Positions 19,802-28,669 are shown, counted from the first letter of the stretch. The stretch: 32,000 nt of DNA from Dickeya dadantii NCPPB 898 (GCF_000406145.1 NZ_CM001976.1:3323206-3355205); one strand, 5' to 3'. Program-made: numbers and translations. Notes: generated by a model not told the origin, from the letters alone.

Positions 19802-20620
19802 TTACTCGTCTCCCCCAAATTCCATATAAATATCCTGACGCTGACCATCCCGCTCCACCGTCAGGGTAAAGTTATGCACATCAGCCATGCGTTCCATGGC
19901 TTTTTTCGCCTGCTCCGCATCGCGCAAATCCAACCCGTTCAGGGCAACGGCCATGTCGTTATCCTGAAGCCCGACGCGGTAGAATGAATCGCTCTTCGGC
20001 CCCGGATTCAACCGGTAGCCCTGCAACTTGTTGTCGTTCATGATCGGGGAGAAAGAGACGTAATCGCTCATCGTGGTGGATGCGCGCTGCTGAAGCTGCT
20101 CGTTGACCTGCGCGCCAGGAACGCCGTCCGACCCGCTATCCTCCTGGCTGTACAATCCCAGCACTTCATAACGCCCCTGATACTGCAGCACCACTCTATC
20201 CGGCCGGATCGATACGATTTTGGCGTTATAGCCAGGAACCTCTTCATTGACGCCACGACTGAACTGTTCGTTGTCTTTGCTGATGATGGCGATAGAACGG
20301 GAATCGTCATCGCCGGCCATGACGCCGGTCAGCGAAAGGTTCAGCGTAGAAGGAGGCAGATTGCTCATTTGCGACGCATCCAGCGCGCCCGCCTTATTTT
20401 TTTCGGGAGAAACGCCGAATAGCGTAAAATCATTCAGGGTGACCGGCTGCTGTCTGGCCTGTGCCGGGGTGATCTGTACGCTGGAGACCGGCGCATTGTC
20501 CGGTAAACCAATACGCCAGAAGATCATTGCCAGCTGCTGACAAAAGAGCAGCATCAACAGGTAGAATAAAATCCGTCTGATGACAGACGGAGATAGCGGT
20601 GGCAATTTCGAGATATTCAT
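19802..20620 (-). CDS. gspC: T2SS inner-membrane secretin-interacting protein OutC (GspC)
   Basis: [27 protein letters not shown] gives an N-terminal TM, and a PDZ-like C-terminus follows. The TTG at 20626 has better SD spacing and is an alternative start. Confidence 0.9.
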   Translation of the reverse strand: MNISKLPPLSPSVIRRILFYLLMLLFCQQLAMIFWRIGLPDNAPVSSVQITPAQARQQPVTLNDFTLFGVSPEKNKAGALDASQMSNLPPSTLNLSLTGVMAGDDDSRSIAIISKDNEQFSRGVNEEVPGYNAKIVSIRPDRVVLQYQGRYEVLGLYSQEDSGSDGVPGAQVNEQLQQRASTTMSDYVSFSPIMNDNKLQGYRLNPGPKSDSFYRVGLQDNDMAVALNGLDLRDAEQAKKAMERMADVHNFTLTVERDGQRQDIYMEFGGDE

Positions 20621-21076
20621 CTGCAAACATTATCCCTATGTGTTCGCCGATTATCCTTGCCACGTCCGTAAACGTGGAGTAAGGGCCATATAGCGCCATT
20701 TTCAAACGTGTTGCCGTGTTTCGAAAAACGACGCATCTGCATTTTCGCTGCCTTATCGCCATATCGGCCGGATTGTCGGAGCAACGGTGATGGTATCATC
20801 GCAAAACCGATACATCAGGCTGACGACAAAAAACCATCACGATATTCATGCTCTGGCCGATTTCAGCCCGCCGCGCGTGCTCTCAGCCGCTCTAATCGTG
20901 TCACTGGTTGACAGGCATCCTGTTTCCCGTTGCACCAGGCGATTCGCACCCGCTACATGAGCTGGATAAGGCTAAAAGCGCTCAGTAATATAACTCAGGT
21001 TAATGACAGGCAATCCCGTAGTCAGCAACCATTTTCTCCCACTATTTTCATTAACCGTAAAATTCTTTCGGTAACT

Positions 21077-21094
21077 ATTGAACTCATTGAACTC
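21077..21094. repeat. 9-bp tandem duplication ATTGAACTC x2
   Basis: Read directly: attgaactc attgaactc. Confidence 0.9.
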
Positions 21095-21230
21095 ACATCA
21101 ATGCAACACCACGTAATATGGAATTACTTTTCATTTACGCACCATACCTGCACATAATGCAATATTCTATTTCTGTCGGGGCTATCTGCACAGGGAAAAA
21201 CAATAATAATTAATGGGTTGATTCGATAGC

Positions 21231-21261
21231 ATGACGTTACATTTGCAAATTCAGACGTCAT
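21231..21261. promoter_or_regulatory. 31-bp nested palindrome ATGACGT-tac-ATTTGCAAAT-tcag-ACGTCAT (candidate protein-binding site)
   Basis: Outer 7-bp arms at 21231-21237 and 21255-21261. The inner perfect 10-bp palindrome is at 21241-21250. Confidence 0.4.
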
Positions 21262-21625
21262 ATCCCGCTTAACATTACATAACCAATAGTATTAACATCT
21301 CATAATAAATCACACCGGAAAGGCCACTGCGCCACCATTAATTACCACGGGGATTTATTACAGTGATCATGCATAATGTCGTTCACCTGCTCCCTCGTGG
21401 TTGACCATTCCCCAGTGACAAAACTTCACCTCACCTGGCATTATGAGATTGGCATCATCGAGTGGCAGGATGATATGCAGGCCATATTTCAAGCTGCTGG
21501 TGTATTGTTCGTCCTCGCTGTCACCTACCTGATCAAGTCCCTGGGTATTTACCGGTTGTGGCTTCCCGCAACATGAACTATTTTGGATAACGTGAACTAT
21601 TTCGAATATAGTTTGTTCCCCACAT

Positions 21626-21664
21626 ACTTGCTTATCATGTACTTGCTTATCATGTACTTGTTAT
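21626..21664. repeat. 15-bp tandem repeat ACTTGCTTATCATGT x2 plus a partial third copy
   Basis: 21626-21640 and 21641-21655 are identical. 21656-21664 reads acttg-ttat. Confidence 0.9.
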
Positions 21665-21861
21665 GCTGTTTGTAGCCCAAAAGCCTGGCGCAATAGCGCT
21701 ATTCTTGCCTTTGCGAACGCGTAACAGCAATGCTTCACCAATATCTTTCGCATTGTTTTTTAACGATATTTACCACCATTTTTCGCCAACATTAGGCTAT
21801 GGTATGACTAATGGTGAAGTATCAATGTGCGAGGCTATTTATCAAGCAGTAATAGCACAAT

Positions 21862-21880
21862 AATAAAACACCGTTTCATT
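21862..21880. promoter_or_regulatory. candidate KdgR-type (IclR family) operator
   Basis: AATAAAAC-ACC-GTTTCATT is an inverted repeat with 7/8 symmetry. It fits the KdgR box as I recall it (AATRAAAYRNYRTTTYATT). It lies 225 bp upstream of the outB start. Confidence 0.4.
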
Positions 21881-22104
21881 AAAACATAATCCCAACTTTT
21901 TTTTGCGACCAGGCTCAAAATTTTACCGGCATTAATGATCAACGTAATAGAATGTTGTTGAAATGGCATCCAGGTCACATAAATGGGATAAGACGTTGAT
22001 TATTCCTTCTCTTTTCCTGAAAAATGAGACATCAGACGTTCCGTCAAGGTTCGTTATGGTACGCTCAGGATAAGCGTCAGGTTGTATAACGTTTGAGGTA
22101 AGAC

Positions 22105-22767
22105 GTGAAAAATACACCGGAAGTTAAAGCATCTCCCCAGACCGGCTACCGTATTCCTGGTTACTTGCTGGTTGTCTATGCCTTGCTGCTGTTTACGCTG
22201 GGTTGGTTTGGTCATCAACGCTGGGCCGATATCAGCCCCATTCCGCTGTCGACCTCTGCGGCGGCGATCGCCGCACCGCCTACCAAAGTGGGCACGGTTC
22301 CGGCATCAACAGCGGTCACTGCGGATGAAAACCATCCTGGTTCGCTCCATGCCGCCGCAGAAAACAGCGCAACTCAGACGGCAGCGTCAGGTAGTCAAAC
22401 ACCGGCTTCCTCACAGGAGGCGATGCCAGACACAAAACCCGCCAAATTGGTAACAGGCTGGCAAACGGCCAAACCCGGTGAGCTGCCGTATATCGCCTTC
22501 AGCGCGCATGTCTATACGTCTGCTCCGGACAAGCGCAGCGTTACCCTGAACGGAGAGCGCTACCGTGAAGGCGACAGCCCGTATCAGGGGTTGGTGATCG
22601 AGCAGATTGAGCAGGATATGGTGATCTTCAGCTTCAACGGCGAACCGTTTATTCTGGATTCGTTGCAGGATTGGCCGGGCGGGAAACCGGGCGATGACGC
22701 CGCGCAAGGCAATGAGCAGGAGCCGACGTCAAAACCGGAGAAAACCGTCAGGACAACGAAGAAATGA
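22105..22767 (+). CDS. gspB: T2SS accessory protein OutB (GspB/PulB-like)
   Basis: 220 aa, GTG start 6 nt after GAGG. N-terminal TM (GYLLVVYALLLFTLGWFG), an Ala/Thr/Ser/Pro-rich linker and a conserved C-terminal domain. Divergent from outC, as in Dickeya/Klebsiella clusters. Confidence 0.8.
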   Translation: MKNTPEVKASPQTGYRIPGYLLVVYALLLFTLGWFGHQRWADISPIPLSTSAAAIAAPPTKVGTVPASTAVTADENHPGSLHAAAENSATQTAASGSQTPASSQEAMPDTKPAKLVTGWQTAKPGELPYIAFSAHVYTSAPDKRSVTLNGERYREGDSPYQGLVIEQIEQDMVIFSFNGEPFILDSLQDWPGGKPGDDAAQGNEQEPTSKPEKTVRTTKK

Positions 22768-22771
22768 CACA

Positions 22772-22794
22772 GCAACTGCACATCATGCAGTTGC
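22772..22794. terminator. stem-loop between convergent outB and outS
   Basis: GCAACTGCA-catca-TGCAGTTGC, a 9-bp stem with weak U-tracts on both strands. Confidence 0.4.
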
Positions 22795-22801
22795 TTCCCC
22801 C

Positions 22802-23203
22802 TCAGCGAACGGTGCGCATGGCGTCAAGAAACGGCGTCATGGTGCGATTAAATGAAGAGCACTGCGTCGCTTTCGGCGTGCCGTCTTTCAGCAGCCCCTG
22901 ATACAGGTTCTCGCTCAATTGCGGCAAAGATTGATAACGACCGGTATCCCATCCTTTTTGCACTGCTACGTTCACCGCCGTTTTCAGTATTGTGCCGTCA
23001 TCCGGCAAATCGCTGCGTTCACACTGCACCCGAAGGTATTTACTGGCCGCCACCAATGACGCCAACTGGCTGATTTGCTCATTGGCCGGCACGCTGGCCG
23101 CGCTGCGGGAAGCGGTGTTTTTCACCGGCGCCGGCGTCTGACAGGCCGCCAGACTCAGGCAACAGACACCAAAAAGGACCACTTTTAGCGAAGATACATG
23201 CAT
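22802..23203 (-). CDS. gspS: secretin pilotin lipoprotein OutS (PulS/GspS family)
   Basis: Internal ATG 23203 gives MHVSSLKVVLFGVCCLSLAAC with lipobox LAAC; 133 aa. The track's 31-aa N-terminal extension has no signal-peptide logic. Confidence 0.85.
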   Translation of the reverse strand: MHVSSLKVVLFGVCCLSLAACQTPAPVKNTASRSAASVPANEQISQLASLVAASKYLRVQCERSDLPDDGTILKTAVNVAVQKGWDTGRYQSLPQLSENLYQGLLKDGTPKATQCSSFNRTMTPFLDAMRTVR

Positions 23204-23361
23204 GACTCGACTCGTCTTATTATTGATTAAGTTCCATCTCTGGGATGCCCGGCTTGGGCGTTCGTTTAGCAAATCATTATCCCTTTGCCACCACAAGCGG
23301 CGGCAAAGGACTGCGTGATCAAACCATCAGAAAAATATTTCTGCAAGTCCGCCCGACGGGC

Positions 23362-24585
23362 TTACTCGCCCTTTTTACTGCCGGACAGCACACCGTCAGC
23401 CCGGAACATGGCTTTGATGCCGCGCACCGCCTGCCGAATGCGATCCTGATTTTCAATCAATGCGAAGCGCACGTGCGTGTCGCCGTAATCACCGAATCCA
23501 ATGCCAGGCGATACGCAGACTTTCGCTTCCGCCAGCAGGCGTTTGGCGAACTCCAGCGACCCCAGGTGGGCGTAGGCGTCCGGGATTTTCGCCCACACAT
23601 ACATCGACGCCTTCGGCTCATCCACCATCCAGCCGGCTTCGTGCAGACCTCGCACCAGCACATTGCGACGCTGACGGTACTGCTCGGCAATATCACGCAC
23701 GCACTGCTGATCGCCTTCCAGCGCAGCAATCGCCGCCACCTGTACCGGCGTGAAGGTGCCATAGTCGTGGTAACTCTTGATACGCGCCAGTGCACTCACC
23801 AGCTCTGGGTTACCGACCATGAAACCAATACGCCAGCCCGCCATGTTGTAGCTCTTCGACAGGGTAAAGAACTCTACCGCGATCTCTTTAGCGCCGGGAA
23901 CCTGCATAATCGACGGCGCTTTCCAGCCATCGTAAACGATATCGGCATACGCCAGATCATGCACCACCAGCACCCCGTACTGTTTGGCCAGCGCCACGAC
24001 CCGCTCAAAAAAATCCAGCTCCACACATTGTGCGGTCGGGTTTGACGGAAAGCCCAGAATCATCATCTTAGGCTTGGGAATACTTTCGCGGATCGCCCGC
24101 TCCAGTTCGTTGAAAAAATCAACGCCGTCAACCAGCGGCACCGAGCGCACCTGCGCGCCGGCAATTACCGCGCCATAGATGTGAATCGGGTAACTGGGGT
24201 TAGGCACCAGCACAGTGTCGCCGTGATCGAGCGTCGCCAGCATCAAATGCGCCAGACCTTCTTTAGAACCGATTGTGACAATCGCTTCACTTTCCGGATC
24301 AATCTCCACCTGATAACGATCGCCATACCAGCGGGAAATAGCCCGACGCAACCGGGGAATACCGCGCGACGTAGAGTAACCGTGGGTGTCTTCACGTTGG
24401 GCCACCGTACACAGCTTCTCGACAATATGCGGCGGTGTGGGGCCATCCGGGTTACCCATACTGAAATCAATAATGTCCTCACCCCGACGACGGGCAGCCA
24501 TTTTCAGTTCAGCGGTGATGTTAAAAACGTAGGGGGGGAGACGATCGATGCGCGAGAAACGGCGCGGAGAATTAAAATCAGCCAT
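23362..24585 (-). CDS. alaC: glutamate-pyruvate aminotransferase AlaC (YfdZ)
   Basis: ..FSRIDRLPPYVFNITAELKMAARRRGEDIIDFSMGNPDG.TPPHIVEKLCTVAQR.. is nearly identical to E. coli AlaC as recalled. PLP-lysine motif LSKSYNMAGWRIG is present. Confidence 0.92.
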   Translation of the reverse strand: MADFNSPRRFSRIDRLPPYVFNITAELKMAARRRGEDIIDFSMGNPDGPTPPHIVEKLCTVAQREDTHGYSTSRGIPRLRRAISRWYGDRYQVEIDPESEAIVTIGSKEGLAHLMLATLDHGDTVLVPNPSYPIHIYGAVIAGAQVRSVPLVDGVDFFNELERAIRESIPKPKMMILGFPSNPTAQCVELDFFERVVALAKQYGVLVVHDLAYADIVYDGWKAPSIMQVPGAKEIAVEFFTLSKSYNMAGWRIGFMVGNPELVSALARIKSYHDYGTFTPVQVAAIAALEGDQQCVRDIAEQYRQRRNVLVRGLHEAGWMVDEPKASMYVWAKIPDAYAHLGSLEFAKRLLAEAKVCVSPGIGFGDYGDTHVRFALIENQDRIRQAVRGIKAMFRADGVLSGSKKGE

Positions 24586-25000
24586 AGTATCCTCAGGATA
24601 ACGTGAGCGCCCGGACCGTCCGAGCGACGCCTGGCCCGTAAAACGGGCCGTTATTCACCCTATCCCAGTTGGCGGATACTTGTCGATAGCGCCCGGCGAT
24701 TATTTTTTGTCACCCGCATTTTGGCTTGTCGATTGGTTTTCAAGACCAGCGACCCGGCGTCGTTTTGCCACCTTTTTCCTGTGACAGACTGTTGCAACGC
24801 TCTTTCACCCAGCCAGGGAAATCAGTATCTTTATGCGCGGTTACGACGCGCGACGATCTTTGCCCCCAATGCCTCCGACTGCTGCCGGCAGAACTGCCCG
24901 TCCGATTCCTGAATTTTCTTTCATGCCAGAAGCCGTTGCTTCTTATCGATACGGCTGTGTGGCATGGTTTTTATGCCCGACATCATTAAGGAGTGTTGTC

Positions 25001-25861
25001 ATGCAGCGCAGTGTTTATGTTGATGGTCAGTACCTGCCGGAATCTCAGGCCACCGTTTCGGTGTTCGATCGCGGCTTTCTGTTTGCCGACGCCGTCTATG
25101 AGGTGACGTCCGTCATCAACGGCGGGCTGGTCGATCTGGATGCGCATCTGGTACGGCTGCAACGTTCCTGTCGCGAGCTCTCTTTGTCTCTGCCGGTGTC
25201 AATCGATGAACTCACAACCATCCACCAGCAACTGATTGAACGAAACCACCTGCAGGAAGGTTCGATTTACCTTCAGCTCAGCCGCGGCAATGGCGGCGAT
25301 CGCGATTTCTACTTTCCGTCGGCCGAGGTCAGACCGACGCTGGTTCTGTTCACTCAGGATCGTCCGATCATCAACCATCCCAAAGCCGAGACCGGGTTGT
25401 CCGTGGTCACCTGCCCGGATATCCGCTGGCATCGCCGCGATATCAAAACGGTCAGCCTGCTGGCGGCCTGTCTGGCTAAAGAGTACGCGCACGCCCATCA
25501 GGCTGACGATGCATTGCTAGTCGAAAACGGTTTCGTCACCGAAGGCACCTCCTGCAACTGCTACATCGTGCTGGAAAACGGCACCGTGGTTACCCGCCCG
25601 CTGAGCCACGACATCCTGCACGGCATTACCCGTCAGTCCTTGCTGAAACTGGCCGAGCAACAGCACATTGCGGTAGAAGAGCGCCCGTTCACACCGGAAG
25701 AAGCCTGGCAGGCGCGGGAGATATTCATCACTTCCGCTACCTCATTTGTCTTGCCGGTCGTGCAAATCGACGGCCGTCAGGTCGGCGACGGCAAACCAGG
25801 CCCGATCACTCGCTGCCTGCGCGACATCTACATTGATATGGCTCACGCGCAGACACGTTAA
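25001..25861 (+). CDS. dat: D-amino-acid (D-alanine) aminotransferase, fold-type IV
   Basis: ATG 25001 lies 7 nt after AAGGAG. ..DRGFLFADAVYEV.. and ..DIRWHRRDIKTVSLLAACLAKEYAH.. (catalytic Lys) parallel Bacillus Dat. Confidence 0.85.
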   Translation: MQRSVYVDGQYLPESQATVSVFDRGFLFADAVYEVTSVINGGLVDLDAHLVRLQRSCRELSLSLPVSIDELTTIHQQLIERNHLQEGSIYLQLSRGNGGDRDFYFPSAEVRPTLVLFTQDRPIINHPKAETGLSVVTCPDIRWHRRDIKTVSLLAACLAKEYAHAHQADDALLVENGFVTEGTSCNCYIVLENGTVVTRPLSHDILHGITRQSLLKLAEQQHIAVEERPFTPEEAWQAREIFITSATSFVLPVVQIDGRQVGDGKPGPITRCLRDIYIDMAHAQTR

Positions 25862-25877
25862 CCCGCTCGCGTTGCGG

Positions 25878-25919
25878 ACCGGCTGCTACTCAATAATGAA
25901 AGCCGGTTCGCTTCTTTTT
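25878..25919 (+). terminator. possible terminator after dat
   Basis: ACCGGCT .16 nt. AGCCGGT, followed by tcgcttcttttt. The long loop lowers confidence. Confidence 0.4.
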
Positions 25920-25953
25920 GCCGTGATACGTTGCGCGCGCACCGCAACCGCTT

Positions 25954-28398
25954 TTACTGCCTGGGCAACGCATCCGCCTGCAACGCGGCAATATCGACAT
26001 TGCTTTCCAGCACCATTTTCTGCGGCACCGCCAACGGAATACTCTCCGTTCTCAAGCGTTTGATGATATCGAACAACAGATCGCTTTTGGCCGACGCCAC
26101 CATGCGCGGGCTGCCTACATACCCGGTCACGCTAAGCACCATGCCATTTGGGGTTAGTTGACTGAACATCACCGACGGCGCCGGGGTTTCCAGAATTTTT
26201 TCATGCTCGTGGTAGGCATCCAACAAAATGTTTTTAACTACATTCGGATCAATATCCAGCGGGAAGGTCAGCGTCAGCGTCGCCACCCCTTGCGGATTAC
26301 CCATGGTAATGTTGCGCACATTCTGCGAAATAAACTGGGAATTGGGCACGATCACCGTAGAACGGTCCCCCAGTTGAATTTCCGTAGCACGCACATTGAT
26401 GCGTCGGATATCGCCTTCAACACCACTGATGTTGACCAGATCTCCCACTTTGACCGGCCGCTCGGTCAGCAGAATCAGCCCGGAAATGAAGTTCTTCACG
26501 ATTTCCTGTAAACCAAAACCGATCCCGACCGACAGGGCGCTGACAATCCACGCCAGCTTGCTCCACTCGATGCCCAGTGTCGCCAGCGTCAACAGGATAA
26601 TCAGGATGTAGCCGATATTGGAATACAGCGTCACCAGCGAAGCCTTGATACCGGCTTCCAGCATAGTTTTCGGAAAGAATTCGTGCTCCAGCCAGCGGCG
26701 GGATACGCGCAGACTGTAAATGCCGATAACCAGCAGAACCACGGCATTGACCAAATGGGCGGGTACGATACTGATGGACTCCAGGCCCTTTCCACCCCAG
26801 ATCTCCACGGCTTTCTGCACCAGATCAACCGGCGTGGTCGAACCAAACGTGCCATTCAGCAATGCCACGACGGCCATCAGAATCAACAGAACTTTCAGCC
26901 CGGCGGACAAAATGGCCGCGGCCTGATCCAGATGACGATCATCCAGATTCAGCGTTCGTTTGATCTGCCGTCCGCTGGCAAAGGCGGGTGAAAACAGGCT
27001 CTCGCACACGTCTTCGACAAAGGTGGTCGACAAATACAGCAAAGATAGCACCATGCCGACCCACACCAGTTCATAGGTCAGGAAACGCGCTAGCGAGATA
27101 TAGCCAATCAGCAGCGATACCAACACCGCCAGCGTAGTCAGCAAGACAGCCAGATGAATCAACCCCGACAGGGTTGAACGGGCTTCGGGCGTTTCGCCGG
27201 CTTCCACCATGCGCCGGCGAATCTGGTTACTGCGCAGGGCGATCGCCCCGGAGGTCAGCGCCAGAAACAGTGACGACAAACCGTTGCCGACTATCGTCAC
27301 CCCTACTGAAATCCCGCTGATGGTATTGACTTGTTCGATCACCCCAAAGACCACGATAAAGCCGGTAGCGATGATCGAGAAAGGCTCTATCGCCCGCGCT
27401 ACCGGATTGGCAATCGCCGGCAGGCGCCACGACGGGCGTTTATTCGAGAGAAACGCCCGCCCCAGCCCGGAAATCATCGAGCAGAACACCACCAGTCGCA
27501 CCAGGTTCTCCATGAATCCTTCAGCACGTTCGGTCACATCGCCATGACGGGTGAAGACATAGTCCACCAGCAGGACCGCCATCCCCATCATCAGCACGGT
27601 GGAAAAGACGACGGCGATAGCCAGAAAACTGCGTCTCAGGCGCCCTTCAGGCAACAGATGAATGCCTGCCCGCGCCAGATATTTCTCCAGTAGCTTTCGC
27701 CCTGCCGTACTCAGCGCCACCGCCAGCAACAGAAAAAACGCCGAGCCGTAACGCCATCCGGGTTGCCAGGCGGCGATAAACGCCTCACTCAGGTCATCCT
27801 TCAAATCCGACAGGCGGTCAATATCTTCCGGCATAGGATTGATAATGGGTGACCAAAAGCGGCTGCCAAGAATACTGCCGGAGTTGAGCGCCAACTGATT
27901 TTTCAGCGCATTCCGGCGCAGCGCCAGAATCTGCGTCGACAGGTTCTCCGCCCCGGTTTTTATCGCCTGTACCTGATTGGCCTGCGTATCCAGCTTCTGT
28001 TTCTGCTGGTTAAGCGTGGCGCGCTTACGTGTGACCTCGGCGGTTTCGCTCACGGCGGCCTGCGGCTGCGGCGCCGGCCCCAGTACATCTAACTGAGCTT
28101 GCAACTGCGCGCGCATCGGCGTCAGGACTCCGGCGAGTTTGTCCGCATTGGCGACCAGTTCCAGCGTGGTATCGTTCAATACATTGAGTTTGGCGTCAGT
28201 GGTGGTGCCGGAAACCTGCTGTTTGATGCCATCCAGCTGTTTCTGCAGCTTTACCAGTTCGGTATCCACATTCACTTTTTCTACGCTTTCTTCCTGTCCA
28301 TTCGGCGCAGGATCCGTCGCCGCCATACCTACCGAGCTGAAGGCAAACAGCGCCATCAGCAGCATCCAACCGTAAATTCCGAGTAGCCCTTTACGCAT
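25954..28398 (-). CDS. large MscS-family mechanosensitive channel with signal peptide and periplasmic coiled-coil N-domain
   Basis: 814 aa with signal peptide MRKGLLGIYGWMLLMALFAFSSVGMA. A Q/L-rich coiled coil is followed by multiple TMs. The C-terminal MscS core is ..LLTERPVKVGDLVNISGVEGDIRRINVRATEI.. Confidence 0.85.
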   Translation of the reverse strand: MRKGLLGIYGWMLLMALFAFSSVGMAATDPAPNGQEESVEKVNVDTELVKLQKQLDGIKQQVSGTTTDAKLNVLNDTTLELVANADKLAGVLTPMRAQLQAQLDVLGPAPQPQAAVSETAEVTRKRATLNQQKQKLDTQANQVQAIKTGAENLSTQILALRRNALKNQLALNSGSILGSRFWSPIINPMPEDIDRLSDLKDDLSEAFIAAWQPGWRYGSAFFLLLAVALSTAGRKLLEKYLARAGIHLLPEGRLRRSFLAIAVVFSTVLMMGMAVLLVDYVFTRHGDVTERAEGFMENLVRLVVFCSMISGLGRAFLSNKRPSWRLPAIANPVARAIEPFSIIATGFIVVFGVIEQVNTISGISVGVTIVGNGLSSLFLALTSGAIALRSNQIRRRMVEAGETPEARSTLSGLIHLAVLLTTLAVLVSLLIGYISLARFLTYELVWVGMVLSLLYLSTTFVEDVCESLFSPAFASGRQIKRTLNLDDRHLDQAAAILSAGLKVLLILMAVVALLNGTFGSTTPVDLVQKAVEIWGGKGLESISIVPAHLVNAVVLLVIGIYSLRVSRRWLEHEFFPKTMLEAGIKASLVTLYSNIGYILIILLTLATLGIEWSKLAWIVSALSVGIGFGLQEIVKNFISGLILLTERPVKVGDLVNISGVEGDIRRINVRATEIQLGDRSTVIVPNSQFISQNVRNITMGNPQGVATLTLTFPLDIDPNVVKNILLDAYHEHEKILETPAPSVMFSQLTPNGMVLSVTGYVGSPRMVASAKSDLLFDIIKRLRTESIPLAVPQKMVLESNVDIAALQADALPRQ

Positions 28399-28669
28399 AC
28401 ACCCAACGTGCCCTTGATACTGTCGTCAACCGGTGCGGCAGTCCCGACCCCGGTTGTCTTGAGATGAAACAGAAACCTGCGACGATACCTGCAGGCGAGA
28501 TGGTTAATAACTTACTCAGCAATGGAAGTAAAACTCAAACAGATATCGCCGAAACTGTCCAATTTGCGAGAACGCTTCCGATGTGTCGGCTTCATTTGCA
28601 GTAATAACAGGGAGCTATACGAAGGTTGTTCAGGGATTCGCCGACCAGTCCAAATCACGCGCCAATTCA

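Noticed and set aside
19801-19848. Upstream start for outD overlapping outC by 47 nt; likewise the 31-codon extension of outS at 23204-23296.
   Set aside because: Internal starts give proper signal peptides (lipobox for OutS) and have RBSs. The extensions add non-signal, non-conserved residues.
20700-20730. TTTCGAAA palindrome (20719-20726) and flanking GAAAC..GTTTG as a KdgR or CRP site near the outC promoter.
   Set aside because: The half-site orientation and spacing do not fit the KdgR box (TGAAAC-N3-GTTTCA type) or the CRP consensus (TGTGA-N6-TCACA) as I recall them.
20708-22117. Track ORFs in the outC-outB gap (20708-20911, 20930-21157, 21376-21576 full length, 21663-21863, 21932-22117) as candidates for a missing gene such as outT.
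   Set aside because: None has a convincing SD/start context or recognisable sequence. Several use non-ATG starts or overlap repeats or the outB start. Only the internal 33-codon version of 21376-21576 was kept, as a low-confidence idea.
23245-24045. 266-aa + strand ORF overlapping alaC.
   Set aside because: It is antisense to a near-perfect AlaC homolog, has Arg/His-rich low-information sequence, and has no RBS.
24833-25000. 56-codon N-terminal extension of the aminotransferase ORF given by the track.
   Set aside because: The extension is Pro/Arg/Cys-rich with no homology. ATG 25001 has a textbook AAGGAG RBS and aligns with the Dat N-terminus.
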